Positions 21,708 to 31,353 are shown, numbered from the stretch's first letter. The stretch is DNA of 64,000 nt from Bacteroidota bacterium (GCA_023251835.1 JAHEXZ010000018.1:1383-65382), one strand, 5' to 3'. A program made the numbers and translations. Notes: generated by a model from the sequence alone, not told the origin.

Positions 21708-22186
21708 CTTGCAAGCACAATTAATCCATTGTTAAAGTCCTTTACAATATGCCAGCCATTATTCAAATGATAGTTGTTTTTTGTATTTATATGTATAGAC
21801 CAGTGAAGATTATATACTATGGTATCACAATCTATTTTATCCTTAATAAATACACTTGGAGAAGCAAGGTATTGAGTAAATGAATAATTTGCAGACCATG
21901 TAGGGAAATCGTCTCCTGGTTCTCCTATGTAGCAAATATGTGAAGTGTGAGGAAACATTTTTCTAAGCCCTTCATATCTTGTAGCAAGAACAGTAGTCAT
22001 ATAATCTTTTTCATAGTATTTCTTTGTATATGCTACAGGATTGTGAAAACCTTCTTTGTATTTTTGAAAGGTTTTCCATTGTTGCCAGGCCATAAAACTA
22101 ATCAATAGCAACAACAGACCATTTTGTAAATATTTAAGGAGATGAGAATACATCGGAATCTTCAGTAAAGCAAATAATCTACTCAC
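21704..22186 (-). CDS. small TM-anchored cassette partner (family S4, copy C)
   Basis: 160 aa, C-terminus NNGWHIVKDFNNGLIVLAR; 4-nt overlap with M3 copy C. Confidence 0.65.
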   Translation of the reverse strand: MSRLFALLKIPMYSHLLKYLQNGLLLLLISFMAWQQWKTFQKYKEGFHNPVAYTKKYYEKDYMTTVLATRYEGLRKMFPHTSHICYIGEPGDDFPTWSANYSFTQYLASPSVFIKDKIDCDTIVYNLHWSIHINTKNNYHLNNGWHIVKDFNNGLIVLAR

Positions 22187-22217
22187 TGCAAATATACTAC
22201 AAACTATCTTTTGAAAT

Positions 22218-23450
22218 TTATGTTACCCTTCCATTTTGTATTCTTAGTTCTTTTACAATGTAATTAATAACCAAAGAATAAAGGAACACCCATAATGGCA
22301 GGCTAGGTAATACAAGCCTATCCCCTTCCCAAAGGGAAATTGGAATAGTAATAAATATATAATAGGTCAGAGCTACTGGGAAAACAATCAGTACCAGACG
22401 ATTGGTGTCTCTTTTTCTATATATCAAGTATAAACAAATAAGTATTAAAACACCAAATACAATATGAGTATAATAATATATACCATTTACTATTATCATA
22501 TAGTTTGCAACTTCGGGATGGGGGATTTTTTTTGGGAAAAGCATAAAACAGGGAACAGCTTTTATATTTTCTTTCATATCATGAGTATATAAATCAAAAT
22601 ATAATGCTTTGTTTTTAAAGATATAAGATAATTCCTCCGAAGTTGAGAAAACCATAGTTCTTGCTCTGGCAGTTTCCCAGCTAATATTCTCATTTTGTTG
22701 CATCCCCTGGGCAAGGAAATACCATCTAAACGTATTAGAGCTAATTTTGGAAAAGGAAAAGGTATTATATTTTATTTTCACAATAGCTATTTGAAATACT
22801 ATTGGTGTAATAACCAAAATAAGCCAACCTATTTTTTTAGGTTTTTTAATATATTTTTTAAAATAAAAAACGGGTAAAATAATACATAACATAAAAAGTA
22901 GTGGTAAGTAAAAAAGTGGTTTGACAACAGCAAGTAAAACAAGGATGAGTAAACAGCGATGAAAAAAATTTAATGTATTTACTTTGGTAAAATTGAAGGA
23001 GATAAAGCAGATGAGAACGGATATAAGAAAAATGGTTGTAGTTTCTGTCAGGGCATGAAAAGTTAATACTATATAAGTTATATTTGAAGCTATAATTATT
23101 CCTCCAGCAAAAGCCAAAATTTTACTATTAGTTATTTTTTTTATAGAAAGAAACACTAAATTAATAGAAACTATCCAGAAAAGAAATTGCATTATCCAAA
23201 GGCCATAAGAGCCAAATATATTATGAATAATTACAATAATTAATGGGTATAAAAATGGCCTGATTTCAGAATAGCCCTTTAAAGAAAGGTGATAGAATTC
23301 ATGTCCCGTTAACCAATATGTAACAGAGTCGACTGTGGAGAAAAGCTGTTTGTCGGTAATTTCAATTTTTAATGTAATAAAAATTATACAATAGGTCGCC
23401 AGTAATAAATAATTGAGTATGAAAATATCTATATACTTCTTATAGTTCAT
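22218..23450 (-). CDS. multi-pass membrane protein family M2 (copy 1), putative glycosyltransferase/ligase-like
   Basis: 410 aa; clear paralog of 37277..38515 (MNYKKYIDIFILNYLLL / MGHFKKYIDIYLLNYLLL, IRPFLYPLII, LWEGDRLVLPSLPLWVFLY / FGEGDRLIITALPVWVFLY). Confidence 0.65.
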   Translation of the reverse strand: MNYKKYIDIFILNYLLLATYCIIFITLKIEITDKQLFSTVDSVTYWLTGHEFYHLSLKGYSEIRPFLYPLIIVIIHNIFGSYGLWIMQFLFWIVSINLVFLSIKKITNSKILAFAGGIIIASNITYIVLTFHALTETTTIFLISVLICFISFNFTKVNTLNFFHRCLLILVLLAVVKPLFYLPLLFMLCIILPVFYFKKYIKKPKKIGWLILVITPIVFQIAIVKIKYNTFSFSKISSNTFRWYFLAQGMQQNENISWETARARTMVFSTSEELSYIFKNKALYFDLYTHDMKENIKAVPCFMLFPKKIPHPEVANYMIIVNGIYYYTHIVFGVLILICLYLIYRKRDTNRLVLIVFPVALTYYIFITIPISLWEGDRLVLPSLPLWVFLYSLVINYIVKELRIQNGRVT

Positions 23451-23537
23451 TATTTATTGCTGTGCGTTACTATCGCCAATCATACTAAAGCTGGAAAATC
23501 TTTATAATTAACGTTAAAACTTATAAAGTATAAAATT

Positions 23538-25874
23538 TTAATTCGGGTATTTTCTTTGAAAATCATTTGCGTTAAACCAATATCCATAATCTTTATCAAA
23601 TTTTGAGCGCCACAATGGAAATTCTGTATAAGGGAAATTGTCTGTTATTTCTTTGGCGTTTTCAACATTTTTCCGTAGTTGTTCTGAATCCATAATTTTT
23701 AAATCTAACAAATTAGCTGACGATTTAAAAAGCACCCCCCATTCGTTTAAATCATTCATAACCCTTGGAGTTTGGTCGGCTGCAGCAAAACGGTTCATAT
23801 CAATAGTAATATCATTAGGGCCGCCTATCATAAAGAATCCCGGATAGCTTGGCCCTGCATAAACAGTTGTATTAGGGAATACAACATAATATGATTTCAT
23901 AATCATTTTCACATCTGTCATCGATTCAGGTGGAATCCACATGCACATTATTCCATTTGTATTTAAGTGTTGTTTACATAATTTAAAAAAATCTGAAGTA
24001 TATAAATTTACAGTTCCCGCACTCCATAATGGTGGAGCGGGATCTATTACAATAATATCATATTTCTTTTTCTGCATTAACAAAAAATTCCTGCCATCAT
24101 CCGTATATGTATGAACACGCTTATTAGTGAGCACTTGTTCAGCATCATTGTGAAAATATTTGAAAGTTTCATACTCTTCTCCCACCAATTCAACAACATC
24201 ACAATTTATTTCTTCATGTGATATTGCAGACCTTAACGCAGTTCCCATTCCAAAGCAAATAATCAACATCTCATGCGGATCTTTGTGCATCAAAATCGGA
24301 AGATGAGACATTATTTTTGTTTCCGGAACCAAGGCGGTCATTCCTATTCCATTTATTAGAATCTGTTTATCCAAAGGATTAGTTTTAGAGCCATAAGCCG
24401 TTGCTGTTGCAACAACACCTTCTTTATGATAATAAATTTCATAATCAGGGTTTGTTGTAATTACTCTTTTAATAACAGTATAGAAAGGATCTGGTGCAGT
24501 GAAACTAAAAAAAGCTGTTAATAGAGTCAGCGACATCGCTGCAACTATTGCTGCATTTTTTACAGTTCGGCCATAACCAGTAAGTAAAACAATTAAGCCC
24601 ACACTGGAATTAATAATAGCAAGCAGAATAATTGTTCCCTGAGTTCCTAAAAACTGAATTAAAACATATCCGGAAATCAGCGATCCCAAAATACATCCCA
24701 AAGTATTTACTGAATAAAGTCTGCCAATTCCTCCTCCTATTGTTGAAGTTTTCTCGACATAAATATTTGTAACAATTGGAAATATAAATCCTAATGCAAA
24801 AGTTATGGGAAATACTACTAAAGCTGGTACTATTACTTTAGAGAAACCATAGGACACTTCATTATGCTGGGGTGTATACTGGCAGAAGATATAAATTCCA
24901 ATAATACTATATAAACCAATAAATGTTAACGCTACCCCCAGTATACCCATAGGATTTACAAGTCTTTCAAAATATTTTCCTGATAGAATGCTACCGAGCG
25001 CAGACCCCAACAGATAAATTCCGAGTACCATACTGAAGGCATATATAGATGTTCCCAATTGAAGCTGAAATAACCTGGTCCACACTATTTCAATTGCAAA
25101 TGAAGTGAAGCCTATCATAAAATATGCAAACAAAATAATCTTTCTCTCCTTAGGTATATATGTCGAAATTTTTTGCACTTTGATAGAGTTATTATCTTCC
25201 GTTTTTAATAATGATGAAATACTCAACTTCAAGTCGCTTCGTTCACCGATTACAAAAATAGCAATAGCGCCAACTATTAAATTGATACTAATACCAAGAA
25301 TAATTGTGTTCAGTTCACCAATAGATCCAATTGTAATAAAACCGCTTGCCAACACTCCCACTACAGCTCCAAGTGTATTTAATCCGTATAAGTTGCCCAT
25401 TCCTTCTGCAAAACTTGAATTGCGTTTTTTTGCCTCAGCACTTAATAAGGGTAACGTGCCTCCCATTAGGAAGGTTGGAACAACAAGTAAGATAAATACT
25501 GTAATAGATTGTAAAAATGTGTATAAAAGGGTACTATTCCCAGACAACCCATGAAAGAATTGATATACCGGTATCAGGCCATTAAACAGAAAGAATACAA
25601 CCAATGCCGTAATAGCAATTCCTATTTCCAAGAAAGCATACAACCGTATTAAATTTTTAATTTTATCGATACGCTTTCCTAAAAAGTAGCTGCCTAATGT
25701 CAGCCCTAACATAAATGCAGATAAAACTATAGAGGTTGCATAAACGGTGCTGCCAAGAATCCTTGAAAGCATCCTGAGCCATACGGTTTCATATATTAAA
25801 CCACTTATTCCTGAAAGAAAAAAAATAAAATATATAACACTATTAATACTCTGACCTTTTTTATTATTATTCAT
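23538..25874 (-). CDS. fused MFS-type membrane domain / spermidine-synthase-like (aminopropyltransferase fold) protein
   Basis: 778 aa; N-terminal 12+ TM (FFLSGISGLIYETVWLRML) and C-terminal class-I MTase-like SpeE-type domain (DIIVIDPAPPLWSAGTVNLYTSDFF); a widespread fusion architecture. Confidence 0.65.
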   Translation of the reverse strand: MNNNKKGQSINSVIYFIFFLSGISGLIYETVWLRMLSRILGSTVYATSIVLSAFMLGLTLGSYFLGKRIDKIKNLIRLYAFLEIGIAITALVVFFLFNGLIPVYQFFHGLSGNSTLLYTFLQSITVFILLVVPTFLMGGTLPLLSAEAKKRNSSFAEGMGNLYGLNTLGAVVGVLASGFITIGSIGELNTIILGISINLIVGAIAIFVIGERSDLKLSISSLLKTEDNNSIKVQKISTYIPKERKIILFAYFMIGFTSFAIEIVWTRLFQLQLGTSIYAFSMVLGIYLLGSALGSILSGKYFERLVNPMGILGVALTFIGLYSIIGIYIFCQYTPQHNEVSYGFSKVIVPALVVFPITFALGFIFPIVTNIYVEKTSTIGGGIGRLYSVNTLGCILGSLISGYVLIQFLGTQGTIILLAIINSSVGLIVLLTGYGRTVKNAAIVAAMSLTLLTAFFSFTAPDPFYTVIKRVITTNPDYEIYYHKEGVVATATAYGSKTNPLDKQILINGIGMTALVPETKIMSHLPILMHKDPHEMLIICFGMGTALRSAISHEEINCDVVELVGEEYETFKYFHNDAEQVLTNKRVHTYTDDGRNFLLMQKKKYDIIVIDPAPPLWSAGTVNLYTSDFFKLCKQHLNTNGIMCMWIPPESMTDVKMIMKSYYVVFPNTTVYAGPSYPGFFMIGGPNDITIDMNRFAAADQTPRVMNDLNEWGVLFKSSANLLDLKIMDSEQLRKNVENAKEITDNFPYTEFPLWRSKFDKDYGYWFNANDFQRKYPN

Positions 25875-26085
25875 TTACCTATATTTTTATGTTTAATTTA
25901 TAAATACAATAATTACTGCAATTAAGCAATTAATTTATACATCTTTTTAGAACAAATATGTGTTTTTGATTTTAATTTTAAGGTTTTTACACATCATTAT
26001 ATTTAGTAATGAGATATCAAATTTATTATTGTTTCTAATATCTTTAAAAATAATATTCTTATTTGATATAAAACTGTTCAGGAAT

Positions 26086-27189
26086 TTATTTTCTTAGCTT
26101 TAATAATTGTTCACATATATACCCAATATCTTCATTGGTTAATGTAGAAAACGTAGGCACACTAATAACATTTTTACTTATATCTTCACATACCGGCAAT
26201 GAATGGGGTTCATAAATTTCCAAGATACTAGAAGCATAGAAACCCGGACGAGTTTCGATTCCTACACTTTTTAACTGTTCTATAAGTTTATCACGTCCTT
26301 GCGGAAATACTTTGCTGTCAAGTTTGAGGGCGATTGCCCATATTACCGCATCAACATCACTATTGACTTTTTGCATGGTAATACCATCTTTGTCTAAAAG
26401 GTACTTTTTATATTCTTCATTTACCCTGTAACGTTCAGTCAATATAGCATCTTTTTGTTCCAACTGAGCTACTCCGATAGCTGCCTGGAAATTAGTAAGC
26501 CGAAAGTTGTGTCCCGGTAATTCGTGCCAATAAAATTTTTTACCCCTGTCCATACCATGGCTGCGATACAGCATCATTCTCTTTTTTAGTTCATCAGAGC
26601 TTGTAACCACCAAACCGCCTTCGCCAGTTGTAATCATTTTTGTAGCTTGTAAACTAAAAGTACTCAGTTCTCCAATTGTTCCGCTTTCCCGCCCTTTATA
26701 TTTTGAAAAGAGTGATTCGGCACAATCTTCAATTACGGCAATTTTATGTACTTCTGCAATTTCCATAATTTCATCCATTGCACATACATTTCCATAGGTA
26801 TGAATAGGGATAATTGCTTTCGTCTTTGTTGAAATATATTTTGGAAGTTCCTCTGCAGATAAACACCATGTGTCCGGATCTATTTCAGCAAAGACTGGCC
26901 TTAACCCCATGTGTATGGCTATATTGGCCGCAGCCATAAAGGCAAATCCCGGCACTATTACTTCATCTCCAGGTTTTAGTCCTAATCCAAGATAAGCCAG
27001 ATGAATGGCTGTAGTTCCGTTAGACACAGCAAGAACATGTTTCTGTTCAAGTAGTTTACTAAAACCGGACTCCATCCTTTCGAGATATTCGCCTCCTGAA
27101 ATCCAAGTAGATTTTAGGGCATCGGTAACATATTCTATTTCATTCCCCCAGAAGTTGGGTTTTGTCCAGGGAATAAATTTATCTTTCAT
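26086..27189 (-). CDS. DegT/DnrJ/EryC1/StrS-family PLP-dependent sugar aminotransferase
   Basis: 367 aa; VSNGTTAIHLA, DEVIVPGFAF and the lysine region SFSLQATKMIT are typical. Confidence 0.8.
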   Translation of the reverse strand: MKDKFIPWTKPNFWGNEIEYVTDALKSTWISGGEYLERMESGFSKLLEQKHVLAVSNGTTAIHLAYLGLGLKPGDEVIVPGFAFMAAANIAIHMGLRPVFAEIDPDTWCLSAEELPKYISTKTKAIIPIHTYGNVCAMDEIMEIAEVHKIAVIEDCAESLFSKYKGRESGTIGELSTFSLQATKMITTGEGGLVVTSSDELKKRMMLYRSHGMDRGKKFYWHELPGHNFRLTNFQAAIGVAQLEQKDAILTERYRVNEEYKKYLLDKDGITMQKVNSDVDAVIWAIALKLDSKVFPQGRDKLIEQLKSVGIETRPGFYASSILEIYEPHSLPVCEDISKNVISVPTFSTLTNEDIGYICEQLLKLRK

Positions 27190-27806
27190 CCGTTTAATTT
27201 GTTAATGTACATGTTCCATTTTAAATTATACATATTAAAGCTGGTACTATATTTAAAACTGTTTTTTACATAAAAGCTATTTGCTTTTTGCTTCACATCA
27301 TGTACCGTGACTTTGTATAGACAAATCCCTCTTTTTAGAAATTCTTTATTTAAGACTTCAACTATTTGTGTTCCCATACCTTTGGCTCTATAGTTGCCGT
27401 CTGTAATAATAGCAACCAACTCTGCTTTTATACCAGTATTCTGCTTTTTAACATAAAACAAAGTTTCAAAAAGTTTAGGAACTATTTGTATTGGATTAAG
27501 AAAAACCCTTGGCAGAATAATTTTAAAATATTTGAGAAATTTTCTGGTAATGATCTTAAATATCTGTTCACTGTCCACAGAAGCAAGAGCAAATCCACAA
27601 ACGGCATTATCTTTTAGAGCAAAAATAAAGAAACCCAGCTTTTCTCTTAAAATATCTGTAAATAACTCCTGTATAAAACGTCTCCCGAATAATGATAAAA
27701 AACCATTGTCCGAAAGGTGTTCCATATATAACCGGGCAGATGAATTTATTAATTCGGAATTAGAACTATCTGTAACAATAAAATCAATGTTACTTTCACA
27801 AACCAT
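27186..27806 (-). CDS. GNAT-family N-acetyltransferase (putative sugar N-acetyltransferase)
   Basis: 206 aa; acetyl-CoA motif A-like ELVAIITDGNYRAKGMGTQIVEVL; 4-nt overlap with aminotransferase. Confidence 0.5.
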   Translation of the reverse strand: MVCESNIDFIVTDSSNSELINSSARLYMEHLSDNGFLSLFGRRFIQELFTDILREKLGFFIFALKDNAVCGFALASVDSEQIFKIITRKFLKYFKIILPRVFLNPIQIVPKLFETLFYVKKQNTGIKAELVAIITDGNYRAKGMGTQIVEVLNKEFLKRGICLYKVTVHDVKQKANSFYVKNSFKYSTSFNMYNLKWNMYINKLNG

Positions 27807-27835
27807 ATTATTTAATTCTGTTGATACTATTTTTT

Positions 27836-28795
27836 TTAATTATATATTTTGTTTGTTGTCTCCCTGCTTGTTTCACTTTCTAATGCATCTTTCACAAAAT
27901 CATTTAATGGCATTTTAAGCCATTCCGAGGCTGTTTTCCAGCTATATTCTTCGCTTTGCTCATCTAATATCACACGCTGTTCTGCATCGTCAACAGTGAC
28001 TTCAAACAGAGTGACAATGTTGTGATATTTTTTGTTTGCGGGTTTTTCAAAAATGAACTCAAAGCATGCTATCTGTTTGCAGTTTTCTCCTGTTAATAAG
28101 CACTCTTCATATAATTTTCTTTTTGCTGCATCTTCTCTTCTTTCTCCATATAGAACACGCCCACCCGGAACCCACCATTCATCCTTTTGGGGTTCATTTT
28201 TTCTTTTTATAAGAAGTATTTCTCCCTTTTTATTTTTTACAAGCAGGTCAATACATGGAATAGGCAAGGATTCTAAAATAACATTATATAACTCTTTCCT
28301 GATAAAACCTTTTTCAAATGTCAAATTTTCTGCAAAAAAAAAATCAGGGTTATTAGCCTTGAAATTACCATTAAATAACTGTTTCAAAAAATCGTGTCCT
28401 ACCAATCTAATCCATTCATCAGGATGTTTCCAGGAAAAATCGCTACTCTGAGAATCCGTTCTAACGCTATCATTATCAACTTGTACCCTATAAACTGTTG
28501 TTATTGTATGCTGATAATAATTCTCCAGTTCATTCTTAATCATGTAATCGTATATACCTTGCACTGAAATCGTATCAGATACAATACCGCACTCTTCAAG
28601 AAGCAATCGTTTTACTGCATTTAGTCTACTTTCAGCAAATCTTACACGCCCACCAGGAATCCACCACTGGCCCTTTGCCGGCTCATTTGTTCTTTTAACT
28701 AATAATACCTTATTGTTTTTATTACAAACAAGCAACTCAACCGCACTTAGGGGAAAGGATCGTTTTATTTCAGTATACAGCTCCTGCGGAATCAT
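27836..28795 (-). CDS. tandem double NUDIX protein, GDP-mannose mannosyl hydrolase (Gmm/WcaH)-like x2
   Basis: 319 aa with two repeats: LLVKRTNEPAKGQWWIPGGRVRFAESRLNAVKRLLLEECG and LLIKRKNEPQKDEWWVPGGRVLYGERREDAAKRKLYEECL; each matches the Gmm-type modified Nudix box (KRTN.PA.G.W..PGGRV). Confidence 0.7.
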   Translation of the reverse strand: MIPQELYTEIKRSFPLSAVELLVCNKNNKVLLVKRTNEPAKGQWWIPGGRVRFAESRLNAVKRLLLEECGIVSDTISVQGIYDYMIKNELENYYQHTITTVYRVQVDNDSVRTDSQSSDFSWKHPDEWIRLVGHDFLKQLFNGNFKANNPDFFFAENLTFEKGFIRKELYNVILESLPIPCIDLLVKNKKGEILLIKRKNEPQKDEWWVPGGRVLYGERREDAAKRKLYEECLLTGENCKQIACFEFIFEKPANKKYHNIVTLFEVTVDDAEQRVILDEQSEEYSWKTASEWLKMPLNDFVKDALESETSRETTNKIYN

Positions 28796-28992
28796 TTTTG
28801 TTCATTCAAAATATGAAATCCAAATTCAGAATGTTTCCTCTGCATCTCAAAAAAACAGAGACCATCGTCATTAAGTTCTCCGATGAAGTTTGTAATTTTA
28901 TTTTGTACTTTTAATTCTGACAAAATGCAGAAAAAAGTGTTTTTGTGCCCTTGCATAATTACGATAGGAATTTTAAGGTATAACTTCCACAT
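28792..28992 (-). CDS. small ORF (66 aa) filling the gap between C-methyltransferase and NUDIX genes
   Basis: Only evidence is the tight fit: 4-nt overlap with NUDIX start and 20-nt overlap with upstream stop in an otherwise translationally coupled operon; no recognisable domain. Confidence 0.25.
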   Translation of the reverse strand: MWKLYLKIPIVIMQGHKNTFFCILSELKVQNKITNFIGELNDDGLCFFEMQRKHSEFGFHILNEQK

Positions 28993-30223
28993 CAGGGAGC
29001 GGTCTGATAAATTTAGTTCCGTTATTGACCAGGTTCTGCTCCCGTTTCATAAACCCATCCATAAAACTATAAGGCAGAGCCAGTAAATAATCCGGCTTTA
29101 CTGCCCGCATTTCATCTTCATTTTTGATCGGAATATCAGCACCAATAATATATTTCCCGAATTTAAACGGGTTGGAATCTGCAGCAGCTTCAATCAGATT
29201 ACTACCAATACCACAATATTGGAGAATTGTATTGCCTTTTGTTGAAGCTCCGTATATCCAAATCTTTTTTCCTTCTGCTTTTATTTTTTCACATAATTCG
29301 ATTAAGTCAGTCCTTGTTTTTTCAACACGTTTCATAAAATCGAAGTACGTGTTCGGATTATAAATTCCCATTTCCATTTCATCTTCTAAAACTTGCTGGT
29401 ACCGTTGCGTTTGAGGATACTTAGCGCATCCTTTTTTCTTGATAAATAACCTGAAGCTGCCGCCATACACATCATTCAATGTTACATCAAAAATTTCGAG
29501 ACCTGCTTTTTCCATAATCCATCGCATATGGTCAGTAGCATAATAGCCGACATGCTCGTGCACAATGTTATCGTACATATTTGTTTTAACCATTGCCGGC
29601 AGATAAGCCATCTGTATTACCCAGATACCATCATCAGCCATACATGCAGCTACGTCTTTTGAGAACTGAATCGGGTCATATAAATGATAAAACATGGCGA
29701 TACTAAATACCAATTTTGCTTTTTTTCCGGTAGCAGACTCAAATGTTTTTTGGTCAAAATAGGTATTGACGATTTTAAATTTATCCGATTTAAAAACAGG
29801 CTTAACATTTTGTGCAGCATCAATACACAATAAATCGCAATTTCTATTCTGAAGGTAAGACAGGAGTGTTCCGTCATTACCACCAATATCCAGCACTAAA
29901 TCATCTTTTGTAACATCCTTATATGCTAAAGCACTGTCTAACACATCCTTTAAAATTTTAGGCATGGAGGAGTTTGTAGAGCTGGTAAATGGGTACTCCT
30001 GATACATTTGTGTCATATCAAAAGAGTGCCCAAGCTGTAAAACACCACAGCTATTCTCATTTTTTTCACACAAAACCAAATCCAGTGCCTGCTTTGATAA
30101 ATTGCTCCTGTAATTTAAGTTTTGTGGAAATATGGAAGATAAATACTGGTTGCCCAAATCTATACAAGGAATTAAAGATGGATTACCGCAAAACCGGCAA
30201 GAGTGAATTTTTACACTATTCAT
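28973..30223 (-). CDS. NDP-hexose C-methyltransferase (TylC3/NovU-like; Zn-ribbon + class I MTase + C-terminal C-MT domain)
   Basis: 416 aa; N-terminal CRFCGN...C zinc-binding pair, MTase motif LVLDIGGNDGTLLSYL, long C-terminal domain typical of sugar C3-methyltransferases. Confidence 0.7.
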   Translation of the reverse strand: MNSVKIHSCRFCGNPSLIPCIDLGNQYLSSIFPQNLNYRSNLSKQALDLVLCEKNENSCGVLQLGHSFDMTQMYQEYPFTSSTNSSMPKILKDVLDSALAYKDVTKDDLVLDIGGNDGTLLSYLQNRNCDLLCIDAAQNVKPVFKSDKFKIVNTYFDQKTFESATGKKAKLVFSIAMFYHLYDPIQFSKDVAACMADDGIWVIQMAYLPAMVKTNMYDNIVHEHVGYYATDHMRWIMEKAGLEIFDVTLNDVYGGSFRLFIKKKGCAKYPQTQRYQQVLEDEMEMGIYNPNTYFDFMKRVEKTRTDLIELCEKIKAEGKKIWIYGASTKGNTILQYCGIGSNLIEAAADSNPFKFGKYIIGADIPIKNEDEMRAVKPDYLLALPYSFMDGFMKREQNLVNNGTKFIRPLPDVEVIP

Positions 30224-30934
30224 TTATTGAAGCAGATTAAGTTTAGTTTTCATTGAATCAAGGTATTTAAATACCTCTCTTGAATCGGGAAAAGATATAT
30301 CCGGGTTTTCAATTTCCTGCACATCAAATGGTCCGTCAAATATAACATCCGCATTCAAATGTTCTGCAATATCTTTCAAACGAAGTGCGTTTGAAGCACC
30401 TACTTCAATTACACCTGTTTTATCAAAATTAGAGGTAATATATCCGGCAACAAAATCAACACTGCAAAAGCTATAGCGACTTTCGGCATCAAGAAATATT
30501 TTATTCCCCATAAGCATATCTATTAGCACACCTTTTTTTAAGCCTTCTCCAAACATGCTGCTTAAACGCACAACCAAATGGTTGCCAAAATTGCATATAC
30601 TTTCTGCTGCAAGTTTATGACGGCCATAAACAGTATCAAGCTGGCAACGCGCTGAAACTGTACTTATCTGAATAAATTTGTCAAAAGTACAACCGTAAAA
30701 AATGTCAGCTGTTTTTTGTACCGTTTCTACGAAATCTTTTTCCGGATTATTTTTCGCCCAAAATCTTGCAGCAGGAGCTGCTGCATTTATAACAATGTTA
30801 TAGTTTTTTCCGATGTGAACAGAGTTGTTATCCCTGGTAACGGGTATGACACAGAAATTTTCTTTTGATGCTAAAGAAGAGCATACACTTTTACCTACAA
30901 AACCATTAGCACCAAATACGGCAACAGTGATCAT
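30224..30934 (-). CDS. short SDR-type NAD(P)-dependent sugar epimerase/ketoreductase
   Basis: 236 aa; Rossmann VFGANGFVGKSV; catalytic YGRHK (YxxxK). Confidence 0.6.
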   Translation of the reverse strand: MITVAVFGANGFVGKSVCSSLASKENFCVIPVTRDNNSVHIGKNYNIVINAAAPAARFWAKNNPEKDFVETVQKTADIFYGCTFDKFIQISTVSARCQLDTVYGRHKLAAESICNFGNHLVVRLSSMFGEGLKKGVLIDMLMGNKIFLDAESRYSFCSVDFVAGYITSNFDKTGVIEVGASNALRLKDIAEHLNADVIFDGPFDVQEIENPDISFPDSREVFKYLDSMKTKLNLLQ

Positions 30935-31335
30935 TTTACAAATATATCTTCTCTTATTATTGGTGTTTTACAATCATCCCAAGGCTTTGTAAGCATTGCT
31001 ACAGCTGTCAGAGGAGTAATTGCATAAACGGTATGACGCACTCCGATAGGAGTTCTGAGACAAGATCCCTTACTGACGTGGATTATCCTTTGTTTCATTT
31101 CAGGAGCATCAAGTGTAACAGCAATTCCGGAACCTTCCACAATTAAAAAATATTCGATAAACTCCGGATGGTAATGATTCCCCCGGGTTGTGCCAGGAGT
31201 AAAATAAAGCAGGTTAAACTCTTTAATAACATCCTGAGGCACCCAGGTAAATATCCCGCCACGGCCATCTTTAACAGTTTCTACATTGCAAGTAGGAAAG
31301 AATACTTCCATTCTTTCATCTGACAATTTACTCAT
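30931..31335 (-). CDS. cupin-fold sugar isomerase/epimerase (FdtA/WxcM-like)
   Basis: 134 aa; RGNHYH and GVRH histidine motifs of small cupins that sit in deoxy-aminosugar clusters; size fits 3,4-ketoisomerases. Confidence 0.5.
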   Translation of the reverse strand: MSKLSDERMEVFFPTCNVETVKDGRGGIFTWVPQDVIKEFNLLYFTPGTTRGNHYHPEFIEYFLIVEGSGIAVTLDAPEMKQRIIHVSKGSCLRTPIGVRHTVYAITPLTAVAMLTKPWDDCKTPIIREDIFVK

Positions 31336-31353
31336 AAGAATATCGATTTGTTG

